Notes: a model not told the origin generated them from the letters alone. A stretch of DNA of 64,000 nt from Octopus vulgaris (GCA_951406725.2 OX597820.1:53134001-53198000); one strand, 5' to 3'; positions 1-13,200 are shown, counted from the stretch's first letter. Made by a program: numbers and translations.

Positions 1-386
1 TGCATTTCTATTTGTTGTGCTTTCACTAATCCATACATTCAGGAAAATATAAAAAGTTTGGCACTTCAATTGTTGGCGCTCCATTGCGGAATAAGAAACG
101 ACACTTCAAAATATGGTGTTCCGTAATATGATATATCCTGTCACTGATATATGTCGTATATTTATATGTGTTATCTCTACGTATTTGATACCCAGAAAAT
201 AAAAAGGATGAAAAGATGAAAAGATGAAAAAGTTGTCAATCTTAAGACATATCTCTTAACATAACGTCATGGTTTTATTGATATAATCCACATTTTTTCT
301 AGATGCCTTTATCTTTTGCTATCTGCACACTCACGTATACATACATAGCAACACATACAAACACACATGCATGTAAATATTCATAT

Positions 387-393
387 ATATGTA

Positions 394-468
<75 letters not shown>

Positions 469-516
469 TCTTATATATGCTTATAAATATATGTGTACAT
501 TTATATATATATATAT

Positions 517-613
<97 letters not shown>

Positions 614-661
614 AGAGAGAGAGAGAGGGAGAAAGAGCGAGCGCTACATACATTTGTGTGC

Positions 662-724
<63 letters not shown>
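387..724. repeat. Compound (CA)n/(TA)n/(GA)n microsatellite, representative of dozens of such tracts across the window
   Basis: Direct reading. These tracts explain the YIYI/HTHT/CVCV pseudo-ORFs. Confidence 0.97.
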
Positions 725-725
<1 letters not shown>

Positions 726-1004
726 TCACACACAGACACACATATATACCTAGATATATGTATGTGTTTACCTATATTTGTTTATTTATACATATGTACA
801 TATAAATATGTATGCTGTTCGTGTGTGTTTTTGTGTGTGTATGTGTGTGTGCGTGCGTGTATGTGCACGTTTGTGTGTGTGTTTGTACGCGCAAACTTTT
901 GAAAACTCGACTATGTATTAGTTTTATCTTTTATATCAATGATTTTATATAAAGTTTCGTTTCAGATTCTTTTCAGTTTATATGAAACAATAAAGTACCT
1001 CAAT

Positions 1005-1049
1005 GCGTCACCGAAGTTTCTAGACTTTTATAGTCTTATCTTCAGGATG
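1005..1049 (-). ncRNA. Degenerate type I hammerhead ribozyme motif
   Basis: Minus strand CATC-CTGAAGA-TAAGAC tataaaa GTCTA-GAAAC TTCG GT-GACG. Core, helix II and a UUCG-capped helix III are present, but the cleavage nucleotide and helix I are damaged. Confidence 0.5.
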
Positions 1050-1612
1050 AAGTTATGTTGACGAATGTTGCCACCTCTTTATAATCCTGGAAGCCAACAT
1101 GATTAATGTAAATCTTTGTAGTCGAAATTTGAACTTTTGACCGCACAGTTTATACATTATCAGTTGTTTGTGACTACACTAAGAATCTTAAGAATACAAA
1201 ATTTCTTTTTCTAGAAAACAACAGATGCATCACGTCCATTTAAACCAAAGGCAAAAATAACTGCATATCCAATACAAGTACGCTCAAATGTCCACAGAAA
1301 CAAAATGTCTGCTGTGAAATTACTACAAGAGCTTTTAGATTCTCCTTCACCAACGGAGTGCTAGATAAAGAAATTCACAGAATAAAATAAGCACCAGCTT
1401 TTCTAGTAAACAAACGAGGCACGCCAATTCAGCCTAAAGTACAATACAACGAATATACCAGACTGTACGTATTTAAAATCCATAAATCCACGCATAAATT
1501 GTAGTATATGAACCAAATGCGTATTATGGAGTAGATGAACACATCAAAACTCGTAAAACAAAACTAGAAATGAGTTATTGTGTTATGTCGTACGTTCGGA
1601 TGACCGCTACTC

Positions 1613-1831
1613 AACTATTCTCGACGTCTAGGCCTCTCCCTCTATATCTACGTATTGGGCTAGCCTACTTCATCGTCTGGGGGCGTCCACACAACACCTC
1701 CCCCTTTTGAGAGGCGAGAAAAACCAATGGATTTATGGTATGATTTGTTCAAGGCCAACCACAAATGGACTATTGACTTCTTGGAAGAACTGTTCTCGAC
1801 GTCTAGGTCTCTCCCTCTATATCTACGTATT
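1613..1831. repeat. 44-bp direct repeat (1613-1656, 1788-1831; 2 mismatches) flanking a 131-bp spacer
   Basis: AACT(A/G)TTCTCGACGTCTAGG(C/T)CTCTCCCTCTATATCTACGTATT occurs twice. Confidence 0.85.
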
Positions 1832-2619
1832 AACACCTGCCACAAACGACGAGGATTTTACAAATACATAAATAGTACCAGTTCATGTGTTGCACATACA
1901 TACATAGATACATACATACAAACAGACAAACTGTCGTCCGAAGAACGTAAACATTTAAAAAAGGAGTAGAAATTTGTTATACCCTGGGGTAATTTGCTTA
2001 ATTAAAACAAAACTGATCTGAGTGAAATAATTCAGCGATGCCAGTTTCAGGAATTTGAACCACCAAATGAATAAAGTTATAGTAATTACTATAGGAGAGA
2101 AGTTCTTGATTTATTAAGACTATCCTTCCTCCTAGGAATAGTAAATCAATCGCCTAGTAGTGAGTGGAACCAACTCTGTCTGGCAAAAGTAACTATTCGC
2201 TAAAATCAAAATTCCTCCCGAAAAGATACTGTATTTTTAAAAGGAAAGATATTACCACAGTCTAGAGACAAAAGTATGGCTGCGCAGTGGGAATATACTC
2301 TCATTGATTATCCGTATTATAAGATGGTAGATAATTGCCGAACACAAGGTTACGCCTTACATAACGCGGCGAATATTTTACTTTCTGCGTATGAAACAGG
2401 CAATAGCTAACCCATGACTTCTGTAGTTATCAATTGATGCTAAACGACGTGTGTATGCGCACGTGTGTGCGTGTATTTTCCGGGGCAGTAGGCAGTTCCA
2501 AACCAAAGAATATCCAGTTAATTGTTTTAAGAATTCAAAAATAGTTAAGTCTGAAAGTCTGTGAATGAATAACATATTTGATCCCCCCCAAATATATCAA
2601 CGATAATAAATTAAACATG

Positions 2620-2706
<87 letters not shown>

Positions 2707-4089
2707 GTGTGTGTATAAACGGGCATATCCTGTCTCTTCATAACCTCGTGTCCTTAAGCGTTCATAATAATTTTTCCATCGTCTTGGCTTAACAACCCTC
2801 ATCGTTTGTTTTTACCGTCTTGTTCTCACTGTCCTGTTTTTGTTACCACTTTCACCGTCCACAACAAATCCCAAATTTTGTTTAATTTGCTTTGCGGGAA
2901 GGATTGTTTCAATGAAGTCGCGTCTTGTCCTTACCTTCGGAACGCAGAGTAGATGAAACAGGGACAAAAGAAGAAGGGGAATATTATTTATGTTGTTTTT
3001 GTTTTTATGTTTTCGTTTCAAATTGTGTTCAACGTTTTTTTATGTCCTGTATATATGCATGTATATTTACATATATATGTAGGTATGCACATATATGTAT
3101 GTATATATGCATATATTTATATATTATTTATATTATATTGTATTATATTATATTATATATATATATATGAATGTTGTATACATGGAAGTATGTATATACA
3201 TGTATACATATGTGTGTGTGTGTCTGTGTGTGTGTACGAGTGCACGTGTGTATGTATGTATGTATGCATATATACGTATATATTTCAATTTATTTGCAAT
3301 AATATTGAAAATTCGGAGCCTTTAAACAGAAAATGTTCGAATCATTAACTCTCGAGAACAAATGTGCTCTGTTGTGCCATATCAAGTTTATATGTTTTTG
3401 CCCTATTCTCCTGGTCATGGATACAGCGTGTCATCATGCTGTTAGTTCCTAATATTCTACTCCTGAACTATGTTTCTCACACCTAGAATCAACTTTGGCT
3501 CCTTCTCACACACACACACACACAAAGACTCACACAGAAACATACATATACACACACTCTCAGTCTTGTGTACACACATACACATACACACACACACACA
3601 GTGATGTACATTCTGTTTCTTTCCACCCTTAATCTTTTACGTATTCCCGTCATATACTAACGCATGCATACAAATACAGAAGACACGCATTTCTCATCTC
3701 ATATACGCATGTGTTTATGTTAAATCAACGTGGTTAACACTATACAGTTATACCGCCATTTAGAAATAGCAGCCAAATCTCCTACAAATTCCAATCTACA
3801 GTATTAATAAATGAAATATAGCAGTTTATTTGTAAATAAACAAAAATGAGATAGCGACAATTCGATCGATTTTAAATAATCGATCTGGTTTCGTTGAGCA
3901 GATCTGGAGTTAAACAACATCTGGTTTTAGATTATTGATATATTAAATCGACACGTCATTATTTGGATTAGCTTCTCGGACAAAAACACTGCTACGCACA
4001 GACTCACGCACGCACACAAACTCAATTATGCAATTATGAAAATAAACACTCACACACGTACTCGCGATTATATATATATATATATATAC

Positions 4090-4203
<114 letters not shown>

Positions 4204-4266
4204 AGAATTCACACAAAAAAAGACAAAAGACGAAGACAGGTGATATAGAGAACAAACAGATGTAGT

Positions 4267-4302
4267 CTTTAATGTTTCGTGCCTACGCTCTTCCACAGAA
4301 AG
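4267..4302 (-). ncRNA. Minimal hammerhead-like motif (CUGU-core family, degenerate copy) in a short pLTR-like repeat
   Basis: Minus strand CTTT-CTGTGGA-A-GAGC gtag GCAC-GAAAC-ATT-AAAG. Flanks are homologous to the 45516 copy. Confidence 0.55.
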
Positions 4303-4540
4303 GAACACAGAAACAAACAAGGAGGGGTGAGGGAGGATGGTGTTTGTGTTTGTCCACTACTGCCACTTGACAACCGATGTTGGTATGTTTGCGATCCCGT
4401 ATCCTCGCGGTTCTGCAAAAAACGTCGATAGAACCAGTACTTAAGTATCAGGCCTTAGAAAAATGACTGGGATTGAATCATTCGACTAAAAGTTCTTCAA
4501 GGCAGTGCCCCAGCATGTTTAGTGGCTGAAAATATAAACT

Positions 4541-4607
<67 letters not shown>

Positions 4608-5008
4608 GACAGACAGATAGAAAGCAAGCGGAAGCTATTTAACGTAACTGCGGAAAATGTTATCAGACGTTATCAAAATTAATTGGTTGCAACCTATTTA
4701 AAATGAATCAAAATTTATTGGAAACAGAAGGTTCGCTATTAATTATAATTTCAAGTAAATCACTACACAACTGTGATAATCGCAACGGAAATTAAAAGAT
4801 CAACTCTATAGCTACAAAGGTGTTGTACCAGTATAAAGGTTCTGCAAGCTGGAGGTTTTGTCAGAGATGGTAAAAATGGCGCTGGGATTGAAGATGCAAG
4901 CGTTAAGTTGGCCAGCACAGCTGGTCCACACTTGTATCTCATTGTCAGCTTCTTCCACTGCTCATTGTCGGTGGTGGTAAAAGTACAGTGGTATATATAA
5001 TATATATA

Positions 5009-5163
5009 GGCCCTGGCGTGACTGTGTATTAAGAAGCTTCCTTTCTAACCACATGGTTCTGGGTTCAGTTCCATTGCGTGGCACGTTGGGCAAATGTCTT
5101 GAAAGCTTGTGAGTGGATTTCGTAGACGGAAACTGAAAGACCATCGTCTATTTACACACACAC

Positions 5164-5228
<65 letters not shown>

Positions 5229-5385
5229 TGTGTATTTGTGTCAGTGGTCGTCCCCACTGTCGTTGAAAATTGATGTTGGTGTATCTAAATCCCCATATCT
5301 TAGCGGTTACATTAAGTACCAGCTTAAAAACATAGTACTGGCGTTGATTTATTCGACTAAAAATTCTAGAAGGCGATGCTCCAGC
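5009..5385 (+). mobile_element. tRNA-derived SINE, abundant octopus-type family A (degenerate)
   Basis: Head with GGTTCAGTTCC B-box-like motif, GGCACGTTGGGCAAATGTCTT core and internal (TA)/(TG) tract. Homologous to the 51597 and 57234 copies. Confidence 0.85.
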
Positions 5386-6042
5386 ATATATATATGCTCC
5401 ACCACACTCTTACCACCACTGTTTCCATAAATCCACTGACTTTGACTGCATGCTATTTTCATTTATTCTCTTTCCACTCATCATACACCAAACAGGCCAT
5501 CCTTTCTCCTAATTCCTCCATCTCAGCCACCTGCGTCGCTGCGACTAACATTTTTCAACATCGTCACAATACTGGATCTGCCAATTTTTTCGATGCTAAT
5601 ATCACTCCCAATCGAAGCCTCCCTAGCCTGAGACCGGTAAATCCACCTCGACTTTGCCTTTTCTCCGAACCACATCCTCTTTCCTCTCTCAGCAGAAATA
5701 CTGAATTGAAAATGTTGGAATCGAAAGCGATTCCAAGACTTTCCATGCATTAGCTGCAAACAGGTGGGAAAGTATCTCCCCACCAGGCGCTAACGAACGG
5801 TATTCACGTTAAGAGTTATGCCTCTGCAGTTAAGGAATTATCTGAGAAACTGTGTAGATCGTTTCAATCTTGACCTCTACCATATCTAAGGGTTGACGAA
5901 AATCCTGTAATGGATAAATGGATTGTGGTATGCAGGAACACGAGATGGTAACCTTTACAAGATTCCAGAACACCTCCAAATATCTAAGAATTATGAAATT
6001 CACATCAGCTCCTGTTGAGCTGAGCACCAGTTAGTTATTATA

Positions 6043-6350
6043 TTGTTTGTTCCTTCTCATATTGTTTGTTCCTGGTTCATAGGGCCGGTTTCCCGATTTC
6101 CTTGGCGTATAGGTTCCCCACCTGGATGGGAAGCCGGTCCGTCGCAGGTGAGCTGCAAGATGCAGGAGGAAAGGGTGAGAGAAAGTTGTGGCGAAAGAGT
6201 CCGCAGAAGTTCGCCATTACCTTCTGCCAGAGCCGTGTGGAGCTTAGGTGCTTCGCTCATAAACACACACATCGCCCGGTCTGAGATTCGAACCCCACGA
6301 TCCCTCGACCGCGTGTCCGCTGCTGTAACCACTAGGCCATGTGCCTCTAC
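6043..6350 (-). mobile_element. tRNA-derived SINE with 12-bp target-site duplication
   Basis: Minus-strand head GAGGCACATGGCCTAGTGGTTA...GGTTCGAATC (A and B boxes). TSD TTAGTTATTATA at 6031-6042 and 6351-6362. Confidence 0.88.
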
Positions 6351-7529
6351 TTAGTTATTATACATTCCTTCTGTATTCATTTATTTTTTTATATATTCGC
6401 TCCCCTATATCATAATATATTTTCATACTAAATCGTCATATGTGCAATGAACAGTAAAAATCGGAACGACTACATACAAATTCATTCTAAATACTTTCCG
6501 ACAGATTCGAACGTGAATATGTTAACTGTTGTATTTTGTCATTGGAGAATGACTTCTTTCATATGAGTGTGTATTTATAACACACTGCAGTCATTAGGCA
6601 AAGTGGACTTTGAGACCACCGGTGTTTAGGCATTGTTGTCTCTTCAGCCAAATCTACCCTGGACTAACGAATCTAATAAAAGGTTTTGGAAAATAATTTG
6701 TTTGATGAATTAATAAACAAGAGCCAAAAATGCATGTTAGATTCTTCTTAGGTCATCCAACAGGTTCAAATGCTCATTCACATTCCTGTTAAGACCATCT
6801 TCAATGATGCGAAGTTGCAGTATTTTATCGTGACATGCAAACAATTTTACCGATGCCGAAGTTTTGCCCTGCATGACAGAAGAAATGTAGATGGCTCGAA
6901 AACAATATTTCTGTAGTTAACTTCCTGCTGACAAAAATATCTCACTTTCCCTTCAATGTTCTTCATGTATTTCAAAAGTTGTGTGACTCACCTCTATTAT
7001 TAGAACTGGCGGTGATAACACAGTCGATTACAACGAACAAATGACATCGTACCAAATTAAATTTACAGGTTTCAAGCTTTCGTTCTCCTAGTCATAGAGC
7101 TTCTATGTACTGCATGTTCTCGGTAGTGAATGGATTGGCTGCGATAGATCATTTATAGCAGAAATCATGTGAGCATGGGATAACTGCAGATACGGTGAAA
7201 GAATGGAGAATATTTGTATTTTCAAACTTTGCAAAGGTTCGGAAAAACCGTTAATTTTACAATGAGGGCTACGTCTAAGATGACTCATTTCTAATATTTG
7301 CCAAACAAGTTGAGTATTGAAAGTACTAAAGAGCATCTCAAAAGAAAGTTATTGTGTGCCCTTTGATTCTTCAATGAGAAAAGCTCATGTACAGCGAAGT
7401 TATCGATAGAAAGCACACAGTAAGTTCCAATGAATCTGATTCATAAGTTCAATATTCCTGTAAGTAGTAAAATTATTGCAGTCAAGGAGGTACAGTGTCT
7501 TCAAGAGTTTTAGTAGATCATGTCAATAT

Positions 7530-7740
7530 TGGTTTCAAATTTTGACACAAGGCTAGCAATTTCGGGTTAGGGGTAAGTCCATTACATCGATCTCAGTATT
7601 CAATTGGTACTTATTTTATCGACCCCGATAGGATGAAATCAAAAGTCGGCCTCGGCGGAATTTGAACTCAAATGTAAAGACGGTCGAAATGCAGCTAAGC
7701 ATTTTGCCCGGCGTGCTAACGACTCTGCCATCTGGTCGCT
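7530..7740 (-). mobile_element. tRNA-derived SINE family B
   Basis: Shares the block GGTACTTATTTTATCGACCCCGA.AGGATGAAA...GACCTCGGCGGAATTTGAACTC with copies at 9030, 29815-30555, 52690, 59178 and 60900. Confidence 0.8.
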
Positions 7741-7748
7741 CTAAATCA

Positions 7749-8425
7749 TCAATACTATTAATACGCTAACTTTTTGATTTTGTACGTACCTGCCGTGTCC
7801 GTCACACTTACTACTTTAAAGTGGCAAAGCGAGAGAGAGGAGGAGAAAGAGGAAGTAAAAGAGAAAGAGAGAGGGAGTGAGAGAGTGTGAGAGAGAAAGA
7901 GAGAATGAGAGAGAAATTGAGTGAGTGAGAGTGAAAGTGAGAGAGTGAGAGAGAAATTGAGAGAGTAAGAGAAAAAGTGAGAGTGAGAGAGAAAGTGAGA
8001 GAGTGAGAGAGAAAATGAGAGAGTGAGAGAGAATGAAAGAGACAGTGAGTGGTGACGGTGTTCGTTTTGTATTTTTAAATGTTTCAGAGAGGACGTAAGA
8101 GTGAAAGAAAGAGAATGAGAAAAAGTGAAAGAGAAAGCGAGAGAGAGTGAAAGAGACAGTGAGTGGTGACGGCGTTCGTTTTGTGTTTATACATGTTTAT
8201 CACATCGCAAGAGAAGTAGATACATAGATACATATACACATTGTTTAATCAAAAGAGAGAGAGAAGAGGGACACAAAGGTAGTGAAAGAGAAAGAGAGAA
8301 AGTGAGAGAGACAAGTCATACGTCGATACATAGACACAACAAATATTGGCTGTCAATTTCACTTTTCATTGTCACACGAGAATAAAATTAACTCACATAT
8401 GGCTGAGTACTCCACAGCTACAACT

Positions 8426-8465
<40 letters not shown>

Positions 8466-9246
8466 GAATGTATTTGCGTGTGTGTGTAGTATAGGTTAGT
8501 AAAAACATGTTTGCAATAATAAGTGTCACGTGGTGGAAATAAACGCAATTACCAAACTTTCATTCATAAATCCATTTATTATTTCGTTCTTTTGCATTTC
8601 AATTTCTACATTTGTACCCAGAAATTTCAACAACTGCACGCCAGAAGAAATGGAAAAAGAAAATTCCCAGAATTAAACTTAGCCCAAGTGATGCAAATAG
8701 TCAATTCACACTAAACAGGCTTCACTTTCCACTTCGACTGGCAGATTCAATGACAATTAATAAGGCTCAAGGGCAAACATTTGAAAAATATGGAATACAT
8801 TTGCCTCAACCGATATTATCTCATGGCCAATTATATGTCGCATTTTCAAGAGCACGAGCTATGAACAATATCAAAGTATGTACGATGTATTTTAAGATTA
8901 AATACTAATTCTGTTTACGTTTGTGTAACTTGGATATTTTGGTTGGATTATATAGTCATTGGTTTTACGTTACTTTCTATATTCTGTAATTGTCACAATA
9001 TACTTTTCTAGGCCTAAAATGTTTGTGGGGAGAGGGCCTGTTGATTAGATCAATCCCAGTATACAACTGGTACTTAATCTATCGAACACGAAAGGACGAA
9101 AGGTAATGTCGACCTCGGAAGAATTTGAACTCAGAACGTAAAGACAGACGGTCATAATATGCAAACATTTCTCATGACACCAGTACACTGTTTACAGATG
9201 CTTACATTTTTTACGCTTTCTGTTAATTTTTCACGGGTCCACCTAG
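7749..9246 (+). mobile_element. Non-autonomous Helitron carrying a RepHel helicase fragment
   Basis: 5' end A|TCAATACTATTAATA and 3' end CACGGGTCCACCTAG|T, i.e. inserted at an A/T site. Contains a Pif1-type helicase fragment, GA-rich repeats and a nested SINE fragment (about 9030-9150). Confidence 0.7.
8660..8908 (+). pseudogene. Helitron Pif1-like helicase C-terminal fragment
   Basis: IPRIKLSP...FPLRLADSMTINKAQGQTFEKYGIHLPQPILSHGQLYVAFSRAR matches SF1B helicase motifs V/VI (TINKSQGQ, HGQLYVA.SR). Confidence 0.9.
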
Positions 9247-9456
9247 TATGAATATTAATACACGTTTCGGTGTGGTATACATTCTCTATTTACCAAATAG
9301 CTGAGTTACAACCTCATGTAAAGTATACCACCGCTATGAATAACGTAGATACATACATACGCATATATAATTGTAATATAGCTATATATCTATTTATCTC
9401 AGTTTTCTCTCCCCCCTCTCTCACTATATATATATATATATATATACATATATATG

Positions 9457-9540
<84 letters not shown>

Positions 9541-9827
9541 TGTTCATAATGCGTCTGCGTGTGTCAAAAAGTGAAGACAGTTTATTAATTATAGAGAAAA
9601 GAATGCAGCATGTATTCAAAGAGACGAAGGAAACAATTTTCGTAAATTTCTTATTGAAAGACGTCGGACTATGTATATATCTCAATAAAATATTCTCAAT
9701 AATTTGTAAGCGTGATTGAAGATGCTGTCCGTGAAATGATGGATAACAATATTATATAAACTTACAGCCAAATGTAACGTCAAGGAGGACAGCGATTTAA
9801 TTTTTAGTCTCCTCTTAGTATTTTTTA

Positions 9828-10182
9828 GTGTGAGGGGCAATGGCCCAGTGGTTTCGATTCCCAGACCGGGCGTTGTGAGTGTTTATTGAGCGAAAACACC
9901 TAAAAGCTCCACGACCTCCGGCAGGGGATGGTGGTGATCCCTGCTGTACTCTTTCACCACAACTTTCTCTCACTCTTACTTCCTGTTTCTGTTGTACCTG
10001 TATTTCAAAGGGCCGGCCTTGTCACTCTCTGTGTCATGCTGAATATCCCCGAGAACTACGTTAAGGGTACGCGTGTCTGTGGAGTGCTCAGCCACTTACA
10101 CGTTAATTTCACGAGCAGGCTGTTCCGTTGATTCGGATCAACCGGAACCCTCATCGTCGTAACCGACGGAGTGCTTCCATCC
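9828..10182 (+). mobile_element. tRNA-derived SINE family C
   Basis: Head TGGCCCAGTGGTTTCGATTCCC. The 3' half is homologous, inverted, to 56363-56500. Confidence 0.8.
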
Positions 10183-10853
10183 AGTATTTTTTTAGTAATC
10201 TAGTGAACTTAATAAATAAATATAGGAATTAAATTTGAAATGGTGATTGTATATCTTCAAAATATTACCGAATAATTCACAAAACATTGAGAGATTAAAC
10301 TAATTATAATTATAATTCCAAATATTCTTTTAGAAATAGAAGTAAAAGTGTCTGTCCCATAAAACTTCCATGCATATTCACATATGTATACTTATGTAGG
10401 CATTTGTGCAGATATATATATAAGATTGACTGTAACCATAACTCGAATTATTAATTGAATTTAAATTATTGTTATTCGAATGGGTAACGGGCATTAAACG
10501 ATCGTAGTGTTTTTACTCTTTATCTTATATTAAACTTTTAATACATTTTGATAGTATAAAAAAATATAGAAATATAGAAATATAAAAAAATAAAAAAAAT
10601 AAAAAATATAAATAAAAATTAAAAAATAAATAATTAAATAAAATAATAAATATATATATATATATTTATAATTTATAAGTTTAAATTATTAATTTAAATA
10701 TTTTTTTAAATTTTAACTTTAATTTAAATATTTTATTGGATTTTTATATTTTATATTTTATATTTCTTATATATTTTTTAATTAATTTTATTTCTATATG
10801 GCTTATGATTTTCACTGTTTGATTTGCCTAATAGTGGTTTTATCTCTAATTTA

Positions 10854-10896
<43 letters not shown>

Positions 10897-10929
10897 GGGG
10901 GGGGGGGGGGTGCACGTAACGCCGCAATA

Positions 10930-11140
10930 ATATAGGGATAAATATTTTATATATAAAGAACGTGAAATACAGGAAGGGACAAACACGGAAGGAGCAAATA
11001 TCAGAATTGAACAGCCGAAATTTGCGATGATGATTCGGTGTCTGACTGAAGATTGAAGGCTTCGAATGATTTGTCTGTGTTCCGTGTTTGTCCCTTCCTG
11101 TATTTCACGTTCTTTATATATAAAATATTTATCCCTATAT
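10930..11140. repeat. Perfect 61-bp inverted repeat with 89-nt spacer
   Basis: 10930-10990 is the exact reverse complement of 11080-11140. Confidence 0.92.
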
Positions 11141-11229
11141 ATATACCGGAGTAAGCACATAAATGTGAAGAAAGGTGGACAACAGAGTATTCAAATACCA
11201 GAGGTAGAGTAATATGCTTTATTTAAAAA

Positions 11230-11326
11230 CAGCAGAAATATAACAAAAGCTGTTACTCGGATTTTCACGTTCCCGTTCGACGGGAACGTGAAAATCCGAG
11301 TAACAGCTTTTGTTATATTTCTGCTG
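11230..11326. repeat. Perfect 47-bp fold-back hairpin (3-nt loop) containing the 3' half of a hammerhead motif
   Basis: 11230-11276 pairs with 11280-11326. The arm reads ACG ggaa CGT-GAAA-ATCCGAGTA-ACAG. Confidence 0.9.
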
Positions 11327-11337
11327 CTTTACTTTTG

Positions 11338-13200
11338 TTATATTACTGCTAACTGCGATCTGATGGATCTCCCTGGCTTTTCAATGATCTTAATTTTGAG
11401 TTTGTTCTCCTTCAGAGCTGTCCTAAATCTACGGGTTATTTTCCCATGAGGTGTACCCTCTACAAACATCCCTCCTTGATATTTGTCAGCCCTATACCCT
11501 GAGTTTACTTTGCTTATGTCACAAACTCTCTGCAAATTATTCCAGTCTTTACCTTTGTGTCCAAGGCGGGTGCCACTGGCTTCATTAAAGATAATGCTAA
11601 CTTCTTTCTAGCTCGCCTGTATACACGAATCCTATCTTTCTGGTCATATCCAGAGAATTGCATGCGATGCATGAAGTTATGAACATTTTCCCTTGTTTCA
11701 TAGGGTTCGCATAGGGTGGGGGGACACGTTATTCATTATACTAAGTCTGCTATCAGTATGTTGATTTTCGTATTACGTGACAAAGCTATGGGTTTCATGT
11801 AATAGGAGTGAAGGAGCTGCACTCTGTTTACATTCTCTAACCAAAGTTCCGTATCAAGGACAGGGAGTCTACTGTTAGGGTGCCTAGTGGGGTAATCTAT
11901 AGTTATACTTTGGTGGATGGAGTTAGCTACTTGTTGGATACTCTCCATTGTGCTTCTCTCGGTTTCTACATTACATTTACTAGGATTTGTCCTAACTAGA
12001 ATAATGATGCCATCTACATACCTACAGTAAAGCAAAACGGTTGTGGACTGTTTAGCTAAGAAGTGTTTACGTTTTGTCACGCCAAGTCATGAAGAAGTCA
12101 GCCATATCTCCAGCCACATCGACACCAATGGCTGCACCTTGAACCTGCATATATAGTTTCCTGTCAAATTTCATTATGTGGCTCTTCAAGGTGGTTCTTA
12201 TACTAGCTCCTTTAGCATGCGCAATAATTCTTTTCATCTAATTGTTTGGTGCTTTTCTTTACTGCCGAGGTGGGTAGTCTTCCCCTTTGTGAACTGGTGG
12301 GGCAGATTCTACTTAGGCCATGGTTGTCTAAGTAGTTACGGTCATAGTTTAGTGTAAGGAGGCGGCCCAGTTCAAACGTGTTGACTTCGCGGAACACTAC
12401 TTCACTTTCACAGATAATCTCAATGCATTTCTCCACCTCAAAATTTATCTCTAGATGGGCAGAGTGAAACCACATCCATACTACCCATTACACAACCTGC
12501 GAGGTCGGTGGGGTGGTTACAACCACTGATTCTCCTGAGGAGGTCCTCTGTGTTCACACAGACATCTGGGAATATTTCAGTGAGTGGTTGTGACACATAA
12601 GAAGTAGGATAGCCTATAATTGCTGAAGATATTGGCTCCACAAACTGGCCGAGTTGAGGGCCCCATAACAAGGTTAGGGGTTTATGGATCTTTCGTAAAT
12701 TGTACAACGTAGGAACATCTTGGCTGAATGCTTGGAAATTGTGTGCAGTCCGTTTCCTGAGTTGGGAGTATGTTGCATTGAGAAGTTTTCCTACTCTTTC
12801 ATGTTCCTGCGGTGCAATCTATCTCATGCTACTTATGTGTTGTATGGTCTGGACATAATTCTGTGGCCTGTCTATCGACAGTTTTCCAGACTTGTCCGTA
12901 AGGAGGCACACTAATTACTTTTTCGTAAATCACTGTTTCAGTTTTTGAAGGTCTTTGGCGACTGTTGAACTGAGTTGGTGGGTCTCCCACTCATTAAATC
13001 TTTTAGTGGTTTTGTTATATCGGTCTAATATGTGTCGGGGTCTATTTGTAGCAAAAAAAATCTTTGTTTCGATCTCACTGTCAGTTAGTGGAGGGATACA
13101 TACCCTTTTGCTGAAGGATAAGTCTGTGGGGTAGATCCTCGTCATGTCGTACGATTTGTCGTTGAGTTTATAGAAGACAGAGTCTAGGGTGCTACCTGTG
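11338..13200 (-). pseudogene. Penelope-like element reverse transcriptase relic (possibly Naiad-type), frameshifted, truncated before any GIY-YIG domain
   Basis: Fragments in several frames: DKSGK, GSMDVVSLCPS, QGAAIGVDVAGDMADFFM, YCRYVDG, DYPTRHPNSRLPVLDTELW, YYMKP, MFVEGTPHGK...KIIEKPG. Confidence 0.82.

Noticed and set aside
299-902. Many ORFs of YIYI/HTHT/CVCV/LSIY type, here and throughout the window
   Set aside because: They are translations of microsatellites that lack stop codons, not genes.
6270-6350. tRNA gene candidates at SINE heads
   Set aside because: A and B boxes are present, but there is no complete cloverleaf and the sequence continues into SINE bodies with TSDs.
6700-7520. 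Possible hAT (Buster/Charlie) transposase relic on the minus strand (VMQGK...HDKI)
   Set aside because: Similarity is too weak to support without an HMM search.
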